64,000 nt of DNA, taken from contig CADCAK010000020.1 of NCBI GenBank assembly GCA_902799385.1, forward strand, positions 33,771-97,770. The letters are read 5' to 3'. The DNA comes from an uncultured bacterium. Lineage in GTDB: Bacteria; Verrucomicrobiota; Kiritimatiellia; RFP12; UBA1067. This document shows positions 45,837-56,508 of the stretch, piece by piece. Position 1 is the first letter of the stretch. Every line of letters begins with the position of its first letter. The notes beneath the pieces are model-generated. The model was not told where the DNA came from and did no database searches. It worked only from the letters and a program-made list of their open reading frames with translations. The translations under genes and the position numbers were made by a program.

Positions 45837-47269
45837 GGCGTGCCGCCTTTCCTCGAAACGCGTTCCGACGTCCCCGGTATCCCAAGGATTCCCCGGTACT
45901 TCGCAACCGTCCTGCGGGCGACGGGGAACCCATCCTTCCTGAGCATTTCCGAAAGTCTGTCGTCCGACAGCGGGTGCGACTTGTCCTCGCCCGCGATGAT
46001 GGCGGCCAGCCGAGCGCGAAGCACGTCCTTCGTGACCTGCTCTCCAGAATCGGTAGTGATACCCGAAGTGAAGAACTTGCGCAGCTCCACGGTGCCTTTG
46101 GGCGTAGAGGCGTACTTGTCGCGGACGGTGCGCGATACGGTCGCGTGGTGCACGCCAGTCTTTTCGGCTATCTCCTGCATCGTAAGCGGCCTGAGTCCCT
46201 TGAGCCCCTTCTCGAAGAAACCCGGCTGCGCGTCGAAAATCGCCTGCGCGATGTCGGTAATCGTCCTCTGCCGGCGTTCCACGGCGTCAACAAGCAGCTT
46301 CGCCGAGGCTATGCGCTGCCTTATGTAGTCCTTCGTCTCGCGGTCCACTTCGGGATCGGCGAGCATGTTGACGTACCTTGGCGAGATGTGCACTTCGGGG
46401 ATGCTCCTGTCGTCCACCCTCGCCTTCCAGCCGTCGTCTGTCCTGACGGCGTGGACCTCGGGATGGATATAGCCAATCGACTTGCCGGCGAGGTCGTAGG
46501 CGCGCCCCGGGCGCGGCTCAAGCGTGCGCAACTCCTTCAGTACGTCCGCGTACCGCTCGTGCGAAATGCCGAGGTCGCGCTCTATCGACGCGATGCGTCC
46601 TGCGGCCATGTCCTCGAAATGGCGCTCTATGAGCGCGCGGACGTCGTCCCTGTACGGCGAACCTTCGAGCTTGTCCATCTGCGCGAGAAGGCACTCCTGC
46701 GGCGTCCTGGCGCCGCAGCCGGGAGGGTCGAGCTGCATTATCTCCTTGAGGACGGCGACTATCTTCTCCTCGCACTCGCCCGAGACGGTTACGATATCGG
46801 GTATCGAGCCGACGAACCTGCCGTCGGCGTTCAGCTCGCCGATCAGCGTCTCCGCGAGGGGGATGTCCCTTTCATCGATGTCCGACATCTTGAGCTGCGC
46901 GAGAAGATGCTCCTCAAGCGTCTCGTCTTTGGTCTGCCTGTCGAAGAACCGCTGGCGCCTTTCGTCCGCCTCCTCGTCCTTCGTTATCGCCGCCGCCGTG
47001 CCGAACACCGGCTCGTAGTCCTCGTCGGGCCGGTCGGCGTCTTTGTCGCTCTCCGCGCGCTCCATCTCCCGGACCTTCTCGGACACGGTCGTGCTCTCAA
47101 GCGTCGCCTCTATGTCCTCAATGCACGGGTTGCGGCTCATCTCCTCGTAAAGCCGCTGGCGGAGCTCGGGCAGGCTCATCGCCAGAAGCTCAAGTCCCTG
47201 CCGCATCTGCGGCGCAAGGACCTGGCCCTGCGTCAGCCTCTGCCGTAGCTCGCCTGAAAGACCGGGCAT
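45833..47269 (-). CDS. rpoN: RNA polymerase sigma-54 factor
   Basis: ORF 45833..48595 trimmed to MPGLSGELRQRLTQGQVLAPQMRQ. RpoN box ARRTVAKYR. Confidence 0.95.
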   Translation of the reverse strand: MPGLSGELRQRLTQGQVLAPQMRQGLELLAMSLPELRQRLYEEMSRNPCIEDIEATLESTTVSEKVREMERAESDKDADRPDEDYEPVFGTAAAITKDEEADERRQRFFDRQTKDETLEEHLLAQLKMSDIDERDIPLAETLIGELNADGRFVGSIPDIVTVSGECEEKIVAVLKEIMQLDPPGCGARTPQECLLAQMDKLEGSPYRDDVRALIERHFEDMAAGRIASIERDLGISHERYADVLKELRTLEPRPGRAYDLAGKSIGYIHPEVHAVRTDDGWKARVDDRSIPEVHISPRYVNMLADPEVDRETKDYIRQRIASAKLLVDAVERRQRTITDIAQAIFDAQPGFFEKGLKGLRPLTMQEIAEKTGVHHATVSRTVRDKYASTPKGTVELRKFFTSGITTDSGEQVTKDVLRARLAAIIAGEDKSHPLSDDRLSEMLRKDGFPVARRTVAKYRGILGIPGTSERVSRKGGTP

Positions 47270-48957
47270 CACTGATCTTCCGTGACGCGCAGGATTTCCT
47301 TGACGCTCGTGACCCCGGCGAACACCTTGGCCCAGCCGTCCTCGCGCAGGGTCTTCATGCCCTTCGAGAGCGAGATGTTGCGTATCTGCGTCGCGTTCTC
47401 GCGGCGGACTATCGCCCCCTCGATGTCCTCGTCCACCTCCAGGACCTCGAAAAGCGCGCGGCGGCCCTTGTAGCCGGTCCTCGTGCAGACGTCGCAGCCG
47501 GCGGGCTCGAACACTGTGTCCTTCTTCGGCGGCGCGGCGAGCGTGTAGTACTTGCGGTCGAGCGGTACTTCCCTCTTGCACTGCGGGCAGAGGCGGCGGC
47601 AGAGCCGCTGGCCCATGACGCCCGCGACGGCGGACGCGATGAGAAACGGCTCGACGCCCATGTCTATGAGACGCGGGAATGCGCCTGCGGCGTCGTTGGT
47701 ATGCAGGGTCGAGAACACCATGTGGCCCGTGAGCGACGCGTTGATGGCGATTTCCGCCGTCTCGCGGTCGCGTATTTCGCCGACCATAATTATGTCGGGG
47801 TCCTGGCGCAGGAACGCGCGGAGTGCCCTCGCGAACGTCATGCCGATCTCGGACTGCATCTGCACCTGGTTTATGCCGGCCATATGGTACTCTATCGGGT
47901 CCTCGGCCGTCATGATGCGAACGTCTATCTTGTTGACTTCGGAAAGGAACGAATAGAGCGACGTGGACTTGCCGGAGCCGGTAGGCCCCGTCACGAGGAA
48001 GATGCCGTTCGGGCGGTGTATGATCCTGTTCACCACGGCGTAGTCGCGCTCGTTGAAACCAAGGTCGTCCATCTTGACGAAGTTGCCGCTCTTCGCGAGG
48101 AGTCGCAGCGAGATCGACTCGCCGTAGGCGGCCGGCATCGTCGAGACGCGGATGTCGATGTCCTGCCCCGCGATGCGTATGCCGATTCGACCGTCCATCG
48201 GGAGGCGCTTCTCGGCGATGTCGAGGTTCGCCATGACCTTGATGCGCGAAATGATGGCGCTCTTGAGGCGGTTCAGCTGCGGCGGGACGTCCACCTTGTG
48301 CAGCATGCCGTCGATGCGGTAGCGGATCCTGAGCTCCATCTCCTGGGGCTCGATGTGGATGTCGGTCGCGCCCTGGCGGTCGGCCTCGGCGATGATCTGG
48401 TTGACGAACTTGACGATCGACGCCTCCTCGCCCATCTCGTTGACGTCGATCTTCGTCATCGCGCCGATGTCCTCGTCTACGGAGTAGCGGCCGTCCTCGA
48501 TCATCTTCTCGATCGCGTCTGCGCCGACGCCGTAGTACTTCTTGACGGCCTTCTCCACTTCCTCCTTCGGCGCGAGGGCGGTCTTTATGGGACATCCCGC
48601 GACGAGCCTGAGGCCGTCTGCGGCGGCGGTGTCGAAAGGATCGGACGTCACTATCGTAAGCGAAGAGCCGTCGGTCTTGAACGGGAGCACGTTGTACTGG
48701 TAGACCGCCGAAGCCGGGAGTTTCGTTAGCGCGTCCGGGTTCGGCTGCTGGCGTTCGAGATCGACCGTCTCAAGGCCAAGCGACTTCCCGACCGCCGAAA
48801 GGAAATCGACCTCCTTGGCGCCGCCGAACTTGACGGCGGCCTCGGCGAGCCCCATTCCGGGATTCGCCGCGCGGTTTTCGGCAATGCGCTGAAGCTGTTC
48901 GTCGGAGTATATCCCGGCGGACTTCAGTATCATGTTTGCAAGGGAGTTCTCGCTCAT
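47269..48957 (-). CDS. gspE: GspE/PilB-family type II secretion / type IV pilus ATPase
   Basis: N-terminal T2SSE_N-like domain, Walker A GPTGSGKST, and a tetracysteine CRRLCPQC...CDVC. Confidence 0.9.
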   Translation of the reverse strand: MSENSLANMILKSAGIYSDEQLQRIAENRAANPGMGLAEAAVKFGGAKEVDFLSAVGKSLGLETVDLERQQPNPDALTKLPASAVYQYNVLPFKTDGSSLTIVTSDPFDTAAADGLRLVAGCPIKTALAPKEEVEKAVKKYYGVGADAIEKMIEDGRYSVDEDIGAMTKIDVNEMGEEASIVKFVNQIIAEADRQGATDIHIEPQEMELRIRYRIDGMLHKVDVPPQLNRLKSAIISRIKVMANLDIAEKRLPMDGRIGIRIAGQDIDIRVSTMPAAYGESISLRLLAKSGNFVKMDDLGFNERDYAVVNRIIHRPNGIFLVTGPTGSGKSTSLYSFLSEVNKIDVRIMTAEDPIEYHMAGINQVQMQSEIGMTFARALRAFLRQDPDIIMVGEIRDRETAEIAINASLTGHMVFSTLHTNDAAGAFPRLIDMGVEPFLIASAVAGVMGQRLCRRLCPQCKREVPLDRKYYTLAAPPKKDTVFEPAGCDVCTRTGYKGRRALFEVLEVDEDIEGAIVRRENATQIRNISLSKGMKTLREDGWAKVFAGVTSVKEILRVTEDQ

Positions 48958-48964
48958 GTGCTAT

Positions 48965-48973
48965 ATTTTACCA
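48965..48973 (-). promoter_or_regulatory. extended -10 element TGGTAAAAT; near-leaderless gspE transcript
   Basis: TAAAAT, then 7 nt, then ATG 48957. Confidence 0.45.
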
Positions 48974-49059
48974 AAAACCCGGTGCGCTGTGCGGAGTTCG
49001 TGGGCGAAAGAAGCTCACGACTTTACCTTAGAATCACCTTATGGCAATTTGTCGGTCGT

Positions 49060-50283
49060 CTACATCGCAGAGGCGAGCGCCGCGCCGAACTCGGAGCACT
49101 TGATTTCGGTAGCGCCCTCCATCTGACGGGCGAAGTCGTAAGTCACGGTCTTCGCGGCGATCACCTTGTCCATCGCGGCGATGATCTTGTCCGCAGCCTC
49201 GGTCCAACCCATGTACCTGAGCATCATCTCGCCGGAGAGAATGAGCGAACCGGGGTTGACCTTGTCAAGACCCGCGTACTTCGGCGCAGTGCCGTGGGTC
49301 GCCTCGAACACCGCGACGCCCGTCTGATAGTTGATGTTCGCGCCGGGGGCGATGCCGATGCCGCCGACCGTCGCCGCAAGCGCGTCGGAAACGTAGTCGC
49401 CGTTCAGGTTCAGGGTCGCTATCACGTCGTACTCGGCGGGACGCGTAAGTATCTGCTGGAGGAACGCGTCGCAGATGCAGTCCTTAACCGTGATCATGCG
49501 TCCGGTCTTGGGATTCCTGAACTCGCACCACGGGCCCTTGTCGATCAAGGTCGCGCCGTACTCGCGCTGCGCGAGCTTGTAGCCCCAGTCGCGGAACGCG
49601 CCCTCGGTGAACTTCTGGATGTTGCCCTTGTGAACTAGAGTCACCGACTTGCGGTCGTTGTCGACCGCATAGTCAAGCGCCGCCTTCACAAGACGCTCGG
49701 TACCCTCGAGCGAGACAGGCTTGATGCCGATCGACGCCGTCTTCGGGAAGCGGATTTTCTTTACGCCCATCTCGCCAAGGAGAAACGCCTTGACCTTCTC
49801 GGCCTCGGGAGTTCCGTTCATCCACTCGATGCCGGCGTAGATGTCCTCGGTATTCTCGCGGAAGATCACCATGTCGGTAAGCTCGGGACGCTTCACCGGC
49901 GAGGGAACGCCCTTGAACCAGCGGACTGGCCTGAGGCACACGTAGAGATCGAGCTCCTGGCGCATTGCGACGTTGATCGACCTGATTCCGCCGCCGACCG
50001 GAGTCGTAAGCGGCCCTTTAATCGAGACGAGGCAGTCACGGCATGCGTCGAGCGTCGCCTGGGGAAGCCACTCGCCGGTCGTATTGAACGCCTTCTCGCC
50101 AGCGAGGACTTCCTTCCACTCGATCTTCCTTTTGCCGCCGTATGCCTTTTCGACAGCGGCGTTCCACACCGTCATCGCGGCGTGCGTGATGTCGGGGCCC
50201 GTGCCGTCGCCCTCGATGTAGGGAATAACAGGGTTCTCGGGAACACAAAGCTTCCCGTCCTTCATGGAGATCTTCTCGCTCAT
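49060..50283 (-). CDS. icd: NADP-dependent isocitrate dehydrogenase
   Basis: Full-length family resemblance: [26 protein letters not shown]. Confidence 0.95.
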   Translation of the reverse strand: MSEKISMKDGKLCVPENPVIPYIEGDGTGPDITHAAMTVWNAAVEKAYGGKRKIEWKEVLAGEKAFNTTGEWLPQATLDACRDCLVSIKGPLTTPVGGGIRSINVAMRQELDLYVCLRPVRWFKGVPSPVKRPELTDMVIFRENTEDIYAGIEWMNGTPEAEKVKAFLLGEMGVKKIRFPKTASIGIKPVSLEGTERLVKAALDYAVDNDRKSVTLVHKGNIQKFTEGAFRDWGYKLAQREYGATLIDKGPWCEFRNPKTGRMITVKDCICDAFLQQILTRPAEYDVIATLNLNGDYVSDALAATVGGIGIAPGANINYQTGVAVFEATHGTAPKYAGLDKVNPGSLILSGEMMLRYMGWTEAADKIIAAMDKVIAAKTVTYDFARQMEGATEIKCSEFGAALASAM

Positions 50284-50294
50284 TGGACTTCCTT

Positions 50295-51044
50295 TTACTT
50301 GCCGAGGGCCTTCTTGAGGGAAGCGGCGCCGCCGGAAGACGCCGCGCCAGTGAGGTCCGCCTCGTCAACCTCCACCTGCTCGGAATCTATCCAGTAGCGG
50401 ATGTGCTTGCCGCGAACGACCTGCGGCTGGGCCTTGGACTCGTCGCGCACCTCGGCGACGATTCCGTCGCCGGAATAGAGGACGACAAGGCCGTTCTTCT
50501 TTGAATAGGTCGCCTTCGCGCCATACGCGCGATGGGTGCCGTTCGTCATCGCGACATTCCCGATGGCGACTACGCGGCGGATCTCCCCGGCGGCACGGTG
50601 CATGTCGTTCGTGCCCTTTGCGCGGCGCACGGCGTTTGTCGTGCCAGAGCCCTTGTCCGCGTCGAAGAAGAGGAACACGCGGTCGGCGTGCATCTGGTAC
50701 TGCTCGTCGTCCACGTAGACATGTCCCTCGAAGCTCGCGATGCCCTCCTTGCGGTTGTAGACGGTTGTGTCGGACGTGATTCGCGCCGGACGGCCGGACA
50801 GCTTCTTTTCCTTGGGCTTCTTCGGAAGGGGCTTTTCGACCTGCGTCTCTGCATTGGTGACCACGGGAGTCTCCTCGACCGCAGGAATCGCCGTTTCGGC
50901 GGCCTGCGCCTCGGCGACGGCCTTTTCGGCAGGAGCCTTTTCGGAGGGAAGCTCGCCGATGATGTCGTCAAGAATCGAATCGGCCGCAGCAAATGCGGTC
51001 GCGCCGATCACGGCGGCAAGCAACGTTGTAAATGGCTTTTTCAT
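50295..51044 (-). CDS. periplasmic OstA/LptA-like domain protein
   Basis: Signal peptide [20 protein letters not shown], Ala/Glu/Pro-rich linker, then an OstA-like beta-jellyroll pattern. Low certainty. Confidence 0.4.
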   Translation of the reverse strand: MKKPFTTLLAAVIGATAFAAADSILDDIIGELPSEKAPAEKAVAEAQAAETAIPAVEETPVVTNAETQVEKPLPKKPKEKKLSGRPARITSDTTVYNRKEGIASFEGHVYVDDEQYQMHADRVFLFFDADKGSGTTNAVRRAKGTNDMHRAAGEIRRVVAIGNVAMTNGTHRAYGAKATYSKKNGLVVLYSGDGIVAEVRDESKAQPQVVRGKHIRYWIDSEQVEVDEADLTGAASSGGAASLKKALGK

Positions 51045-51052
51045 TGCGTCAG

Positions 51053-51061
51053 ATTATACCA
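51053..51061 (-). promoter_or_regulatory. extended -10 element TGGTATAAT
   Basis: TATAAT, then 8 nt, then ATG 51044. Confidence 0.45.
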
Positions 51062-51064
51062 TAA

Positions 51065-51898
51065 TCACCGCTCGCTGCGAAGCGCGGGGTCGAGGCGGTC
51101 GCGCAGGCAGTCCGCAAGGTGGTTGAACACAAGGACGAGAACGAAGATCGCAAGCGTCGTGAAGGTCATCTCCCACCAGACGCCCTGCCAGAGCCGTGCG
51201 CGCGCATTGTTGATCATCACGCCCCACGAAGGCTCGCCCTGGACGCCGATGCCGAGGAACGAAATGAACACCTCCGTCGCGACGGCCGACGGGAAGCGTA
51301 TCGAGAACTGGATGAGGACGATGTGCGCGACGTTCGGCAGGATATGCCGGAACATTATCCTGAGATGCGAGTAGCCGAGCACCTTCGCCGCTTGGACGTA
51401 TGCGCGGTCGCGGTGCTTCATCACCTCGGCGCGGATCGTTCGGCACACGCCCACCCACGTGGTAAAGCCAATGCCGAGGTAGAGGCCGAGAAGTCCCTGT
51501 CCTACGACGAGCGAAATCGCGAGGATAAAGAGAAGCCCCGGCATCGACGCGACGGTCGCGCACAGCCACACGACGACCGAGTCCACCTTCCCGCCGAAGT
51601 AGCCGCCGAGAAGCCCGAGAAACACGCCAAGTGGAATCGCGATAAGGGACGTCATGATGCCGACGTGGAAGGCGATGCGCGTGCCCTGCACAAGCCGCAG
51701 CCCCACGTCGCGCCCGAGGTTGTCGGTGCCGAGCCAATGCTCGGCAGACGGCGGCATGTAGCGCTCCTTCGTGTTCACGACGTTGTATGCTGGCGTCACG
51801 TCGCGCGCCACGGCGACGCGGTACTGAACCTCGCCGTAGACAGCGGCCGCGAAGTATGCCGCAAGGACGATAAGGCATATCTTAATTGAAAGTCTCAT
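51065..51898 (-). CDS. ABC transporter permease (DppC/OppC-like)
   Basis: EAA-loop-like VQAAKVLGYSHLRIMFRHILPN. Start ambiguous (51898 or 51925); either choice overlaps the end of cmk. Confidence 0.8.
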   Translation of the reverse strand: MRLSIKICLIVLAAYFAAAVYGEVQYRVAVARDVTPAYNVVNTKERYMPPSAEHWLGTDNLGRDVGLRLVQGTRIAFHVGIMTSLIAIPLGVFLGLLGGYFGGKVDSVVVWLCATVASMPGLLFILAISLVVGQGLLGLYLGIGFTTWVGVCRTIRAEVMKHRDRAYVQAAKVLGYSHLRIMFRHILPNVAHIVLIQFSIRFPSAVATEVFISFLGIGVQGEPSWGVMINNARARLWQGVWWEMTFTTLAIFVLVLVFNHLADCLRDRLDPALRSER

Positions 51899-52553
51899 GT
51901 ATCTTCTCCAGTACGATGTCGACAACCTGCTCGAGAGTCAGGTAGGAAGAGTCGATTTCTATTGCACCGTCCGCCTTCCTGAGCGGAGCATATTTTCTAG
52001 TGGAGTCTATCGCGTCGCGCGCGAGGAGCGACGCCTTGACAGCCTCCGCAGATTGGTTTGCGATCCCCTTCTCGACCTCCTCCTTCTGGCGGCGGCTGGC
52101 GCGCGCCTCGGCCGACGCCGTGAGGTAGAAGCGCGCTGGCGAGCCGGGGAACACGGCGGTCGTTATGTCGCGGCCCTCCACCACGAGGTCGCCAAAGCGC
52201 GTAAGGCCGCGCAACAGCGCCGTGATGCGGTCGCGGACGGCCTTCACGGTCGCAACCTGCGAGGCGTGGGCGTTGATTTCGGGCGTGCGGATGCGCTCGC
52301 CCGGCGGCTCGCCGCCGACGTAGTAGGCGATTGCGCCGTTCTCTGGACGGCACTCGATCTCGACGGTCGGCGCAAACGCCGCGACTGCGTCGGGATCTTC
52401 CGTGTCGATTCTGCGGACGAGCGCCTGCCACGTCATGATGCGGTAGAGTGCACCGGAGTCCACGTGCAGGAAGCCGAGCTTCCTGCCGACTATGCGCGAC
52501 ACCGAACTTTTCCCAGCGCCGCTGGGCCCGTCTATTGCTATGACTCTTGACAT
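51882..52553 (-). CDS. cmk: cytidylate kinase
   Basis: IAIDGPSGAGKSS. Confidence 0.9.
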   Translation of the reverse strand: MSRVIAIDGPSGAGKSSVSRIVGRKLGFLHVDSGALYRIMTWQALVRRIDTEDPDAVAAFAPTVEIECRPENGAIAYYVGGEPPGERIRTPEINAHASQVATVKAVRDRITALLRGLTRFGDLVVEGRDITTAVFPGSPARFYLTASAEARASRRQKEEVEKGIANQSAEAVKASLLARDAIDSTRKYAPLRKADGAIEIDSSYLTLEQVVDIVLEKIHETFN

Positions 52554-53581
52554 GGTATTGCGTGTTTCGTAGTTGAATCCTGAAGCCGTCCCGTCTCCTG
52601 AAGGAACATCACCGCAGTGTAGACCGCGAAGACAAGAAGCCAGACCGCAGCCTCGCGGCGGCTGATTCTTCCGGGCTGCCTCGGATGGCGGCAGTTGAGG
52701 CCGAAGACGAGGATGGAGAGCGAAAGCATCGCATTGAGCGGAAGGTCGCGCCTGAGGACGTAGGGCGAGAACCCGTCAACCGGCGAAATGGCGCAGGCGA
52801 GCCCGACGACCGCGAGCATGTTGAACAGATTCGAGCCGATTATGTTGCCGAGGACGAACTCGTGCTCGCCGCGACGCGCAGAGGCGATGGCGCTTGCGAG
52901 CTCCGGCAGCGACGTGCCGACGGCGACGATGGTCAGCCCGATCAGCAGGTCGGACACGCCAAGAGCCCTGGCGAGATCGACCGAGCCCCACACGAGAACA
53001 TGCGACGAGCCGACGAGTACGGCAAGCCCGACGGCCACCTTTGCAAATGCGCGCGCAAGCCCCCCGCCACCAGCGCCCGGCGAAGGGGCGTCGCCGTCAG
53101 TCGCCGCGCCGCGCGTGTGCTGGTCGTACCAGCAGTAGAGGGGGAGAAGCACGGCAAACGCGGCGAGAAGGACGAGCGCATCTAGGCGCGTGCAGCGGCC
53201 GTCTCGCAGGATGAACATCGAGAAGAGCGATATGAGGGCAAGGCCTATCCCGGCGACGAGAGTGGCGGACGGGCGCGCTACGAGCGGGCAGATGAGCGCG
53301 GCGACGCCGAGAATCACCGCGACGTTGACGATGCAGCTGCCGTAGGCGTTGCCGAGCGAGAGGTTGGCATGGCCGGAAAGCCCCGACAAGGCGCTTACGC
53401 AAAGCTCCGGCGCGCTCGTGCCGAAGCCGATGACGACCATGCCGACAACGAACGGGGAGATGCCGAGCGCCCTGGCGACATGGGCCGCGCCGTCGACAAA
53501 CACGCCGCTCGACCACGCGAGGGCGGCAAGCCCCCCGCCGATCATCGCAATCGAGAGCCAAAGCGGTATGTCCGAGTACAT
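52538..53581 (-). CDS. CaCA-family sodium/calcium antiporter (YrbG-like)
   Basis: Alpha-repeat motifs GTSAPEL and GTSLPEL. Confidence 0.85.
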   Translation of the reverse strand: MYSDIPLWLSIAMIGGGLAALAWSSGVFVDGAAHVARALGISPFVVGMVVIGFGTSAPELCVSALSGLSGHANLSLGNAYGSCIVNVAVILGVAALICPLVARPSATLVAGIGLALISLFSMFILRDGRCTRLDALVLLAAFAVLLPLYCWYDQHTRGAATDGDAPSPGAGGGGLARAFAKVAVGLAVLVGSSHVLVWGSVDLARALGVSDLLIGLTIVAVGTSLPELASAIASARRGEHEFVLGNIIGSNLFNMLAVVGLACAISPVDGFSPYVLRRDLPLNAMLSLSILVFGLNCRHPRQPGRISRREAAVWLLVFAVYTAVMFLQETGRLQDSTTKHAIPCQES

Positions 53582-53597
53582 CGTGCCTGCCCTGACC

Positions 53598-54896
53598 TTA
53601 GTGCCTGAAGCTACGCTGGCCGGTGAATACCATCGCGACTCCCGCGTCGTTCGCGCAGTCGATTACGTCCCAGTCGCGGATCGCGCCACCAGGCTGCACG
53701 ACGGACGTGATGCCCTGGCGGATGCCGACTTCAAGCCCGTCGCGGAACGGGAAGAACGCGTCCGAAACCATCGCACATCCGGGGAGCCCGCCCTTCTCGG
53801 CCTTCGTCTGCTCCATGATCTCGGCCTGCTTCTTCGCGCCGTCGTCCTCGCCGAACTTGAGGCGGAGGTCGTTGAACGGAAGCTGGTACTTCTCCCACGC
53901 AATCCAGTCGGCGTGCTTCGTGTACGCCTTGTCGCGCGCGATCTCAGCGACGCCGACGCGGTCCTGCTCGCCGGTGCCGATGCCGACAGTCGCGCCGTCC
54001 TTCACGTAGAGGACTGAGTTGGACGTGACGCCCGCCTCGACGAGCCAGCCGAACACGAGGTCCTCGTACTCCTTCGCAGTCGGAAGGCGCTTGATCTTGT
54101 GCTCCTCGAAGGTCACTTCGCCCGTCGCCTTGTTCGTGATCTTGCGGTTGCAGTAGGCCGACATGAAGTCCTCGGGCTTCCTGGCGTTCGCGCAGAACGA
54201 CATCTGCGCGACGATTCCGCCGTCGATCAGGGACTTAAAGTCCACGACATGCTTCGCGACAAAGTCGGTGAGACGCGCCATGTTCCTGATGCGGAAGACG
54301 CGCAGGTTCTTCTTCGTGGCGAAGAGGTCCATCACTCCAGGCGCAAAGTCGGGAGCGACGACGACCTCGGCATAGTTCTCGACGATGAGCTTCGCCGTCT
54401 CCATGTCGCAGTCGCGGTTCAGCGCGATCGCGCCGCCGAACGCCGCGAGGCGGTCGGCCTTGTTCGCGCGGAAGTACGCCTCGGCGAGCGTGGAGCCGGT
54501 CGCGACGCCGCACGGGTTGTTGTGCTTGACGATGACCGCGCAGGGCTTGTCCATCAGGTAGCGGAGGATGTTGAGCGCGTTGTCGGTGTCGGTGACGTTC
54601 GTCTTGCCGGGATGCTTGCCGGACTGGAGAAGCTCGGGGACGGACGCGAGGTACTGGCCCGCCTGGAGCATCTCGACGTCACCGAGGACGAGGTTGCCGT
54701 TCACAAGCTTGTATAGAGCCGCTTCCTGGCCGGGGTTCTCGCCGTAGCGAAGCCCCTTCTCCTCGCCGCCGATGTTCCACGTCACCTTCTCGTAGCGGAA
54801 GGTCTGGCGGTTTGCGCCGTCGATGAACGAAATCTCCATCAAGGGCGCGAAGTGGTCGGCCTCAATCGTCTTGTAAGCTTCCTTCAGGTCTTTCAT
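53598..54896 (-). CDS. AICAR transformylase-domain protein (PurH-like, lacking the IMP cyclohydrolase domain)
   Basis: LRYGENPGQ, KHNNPCG and QPGGAIRD motifs. Confidence 0.75.
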   Translation of the reverse strand: MKDLKEAYKTIEADHFAPLMEISFIDGANRQTFRYEKVTWNIGGEEKGLRYGENPGQEAALYKLVNGNLVLGDVEMLQAGQYLASVPELLQSGKHPGKTNVTDTDNALNILRYLMDKPCAVIVKHNNPCGVATGSTLAEAYFRANKADRLAAFGGAIALNRDCDMETAKLIVENYAEVVVAPDFAPGVMDLFATKKNLRVFRIRNMARLTDFVAKHVVDFKSLIDGGIVAQMSFCANARKPEDFMSAYCNRKITNKATGEVTFEEHKIKRLPTAKEYEDLVFGWLVEAGVTSNSVLYVKDGATVGIGTGEQDRVGVAEIARDKAYTKHADWIAWEKYQLPFNDLRLKFGEDDGAKKQAEIMEQTKAEKGGLPGCAMVSDAFFPFRDGLEVGIRQGITSVVQPGGAIRDWDVIDCANDAGVAMVFTGQRSFRH

Positions 54897-54938
54897 GGCT
54901 ATTTTTGTTTTTAGGTTTTAATTAAGAAATATTTTTTA

Positions 54939-55072
54939 GACAGGATTTACAAGATTTACAAGATTTTTTAAGCAGGTAGGGCAGGAGATACAGGAGAATA
55001 TCTGGGGTTTTACCCCAGACCCCAAACTCCTGTTTCTCCTGTTCTCCATGCTAAAATCCTGTTAATCCTGTC
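54939..55072. repeat. palindromic MITE-like element, copy 2
   Basis: GACAGGATTTACAAGATTTACAAG...CTGGGGTTTTACCCCAG...AATCCTGTTAATCCTGTC, located between the PFK stop and the purH-like start. Confidence 0.75.
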
Positions 55073-55080
55073 AAAAAAAC

Positions 55081-56451
55081 TCACGGGGCGAAGGCGTCGC
55101 CTGCGAAGAGGTCGCGCGGAACGCCATTGAAGTAGAACTCCTGGCCGGTCGCGTCGAGGACGCTGCGCCAGGACTGGCCGTCGGTGTCGAGCTTCTGGCG
55201 CTCAATAGTCGCAAGCGCAATCGGCACGAGCGCGAAGCTCTCGCCAATGTTGCCGACGACGCAGTCGATGCGGCCCGCCATCGCGGCGTGAACTGCAGCG
55301 CGCGCAAGCTCGTAGCAACGTATCGCGTCAGTGCCGCGCGCGGGGCAGCTGCGGATGATGTAGCTCGGGTCGATGTACTTTACGCTCGCATTGAAGCCCT
55401 TCTCCTTGAAATGCGCGGAGATGCGGCGCTTCAGGAACTCTCCGATGTCCTTCTTGAGGATGTTGCCGCTCGCGTCGCGCTCCTCGGCGCCTTCCATCAG
55501 CTCCTGCCCCGCGCCCTCGGCGGCGACGACGACGGCATGGGACTTGCCTGCGGCGAAACGGCGCTCGAGCGCACGCAGAAGCCCGCGCTCGCCATCGAGT
55601 TCGAACTTGACCTCGGGAACAAGGCAGAAGTTCACGACGGGATTCGCCACCGTCGCGGACGCCGCGATGAAGCCGGAGTCACGGCCCATGAGCTTTACGA
55701 GGCCGATGCCATGGGGCGTCCCCTTCGCCTCGACGTGCGCGCTCCTTATGACCTCGGCGGCCTCGGCGACCGCGCTCTCAAAGCCGAAGCTGCGCCCCAC
55801 GAACATGAGGTCGTTGTCGATCGTCTTCGGTATGCCTACGACAGAAATCTTGAGGCCGCGCTTCAGCACTTCCGCCGCGATGTCGCTCGCGCAGCGCAAG
55901 GAACCGTCGCCGCCGATGCAGAAGAGGACGTTGATGTTCATCCTCTCGAGCGTATCTACCATCACGTCCGCAGGCTGCTGGCCTCGGCTCGAACCGAGGA
56001 CCGTGCCGCCCGCCTCGTGGATCGTGTCCACGGCGTCGGTGTTGAGGAGCATTGGCTCGTAGCCGTACTTGGGGTTGAGCCCAGCATAGCCGTAGCGGAT
56101 GCCGAACACCTTCTTTACGCCGTAGTCGAACTCGAGTATCTCGACAAGCCCCTTGATGACCGTGTTGAGCCCCGGGCATAGCCCGCCGGCGGTCACGATG
56201 CCGACGCGCGTCCAGCGCGGGTCGTGGAAAATCGTCTCCTTCGGCCCCGCCTTCTCGAATGTCGGGAGATGCCCGAGCTTCGTCTCGGCAAAACGCGCAT
56301 GCGACTCGCTCTCCGTGGCGAAGACCCGCTCTCCGTCCGCAACGTACTTGCGGTGGCGGACCGGCGACGGAAGCTTGCAGGCCCCGAGCGTCTTTACGGT
56401 GCAGACGAACTTCTCGCGGTCGGACAGTATCTTGTCGAGTATGGCTGACAT
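55081..56451 (-). CDS. 6-phosphofructokinase (PFK family; ATP- versus PPi-dependence not resolvable here)
   Basis: TAGGLCPGLN, IGGDGS, MGRDSGF. Confidence 0.9.
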   Translation of the reverse strand: MSAILDKILSDREKFVCTVKTLGACKLPSPVRHRKYVADGERVFATESESHARFAETKLGHLPTFEKAGPKETIFHDPRWTRVGIVTAGGLCPGLNTVIKGLVEILEFDYGVKKVFGIRYGYAGLNPKYGYEPMLLNTDAVDTIHEAGGTVLGSSRGQQPADVMVDTLERMNINVLFCIGGDGSLRCASDIAAEVLKRGLKISVVGIPKTIDNDLMFVGRSFGFESAVAEAAEVIRSAHVEAKGTPHGIGLVKLMGRDSGFIAASATVANPVVNFCLVPEVKFELDGERGLLRALERRFAAGKSHAVVVAAEGAGQELMEGAEERDASGNILKKDIGEFLKRRISAHFKEKGFNASVKYIDPSYIIRSCPARGTDAIRCYELARAAVHAAMAGRIDCVVGNIGESFALVPIALATIERQKLDTDGQSWRSVLDATGQEFYFNGVPRDLFAGDAFAP

Positions 56452-56508
56452 TCAGAACCTCTTCTGTCGTTTATCGTTCCATTGCAGATTGCAGGGCGGC
56501 GTGAAAGG

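Noticed and set aside
45833-48595. Oversized ORFs in the track (920-aa 45833..48595, 558-aa 43853..45529, 447-aa 32955..34298, 783-aa 60061..62412, 260-aa 27133..27915)
   Set aside because: Their N-terminal parts are out-of-frame read-through of the upstream gene, giving RRR/GRP-rich nonsense. The true starts were set at the first Met where family-like sequence and an SD or overlap context begin.
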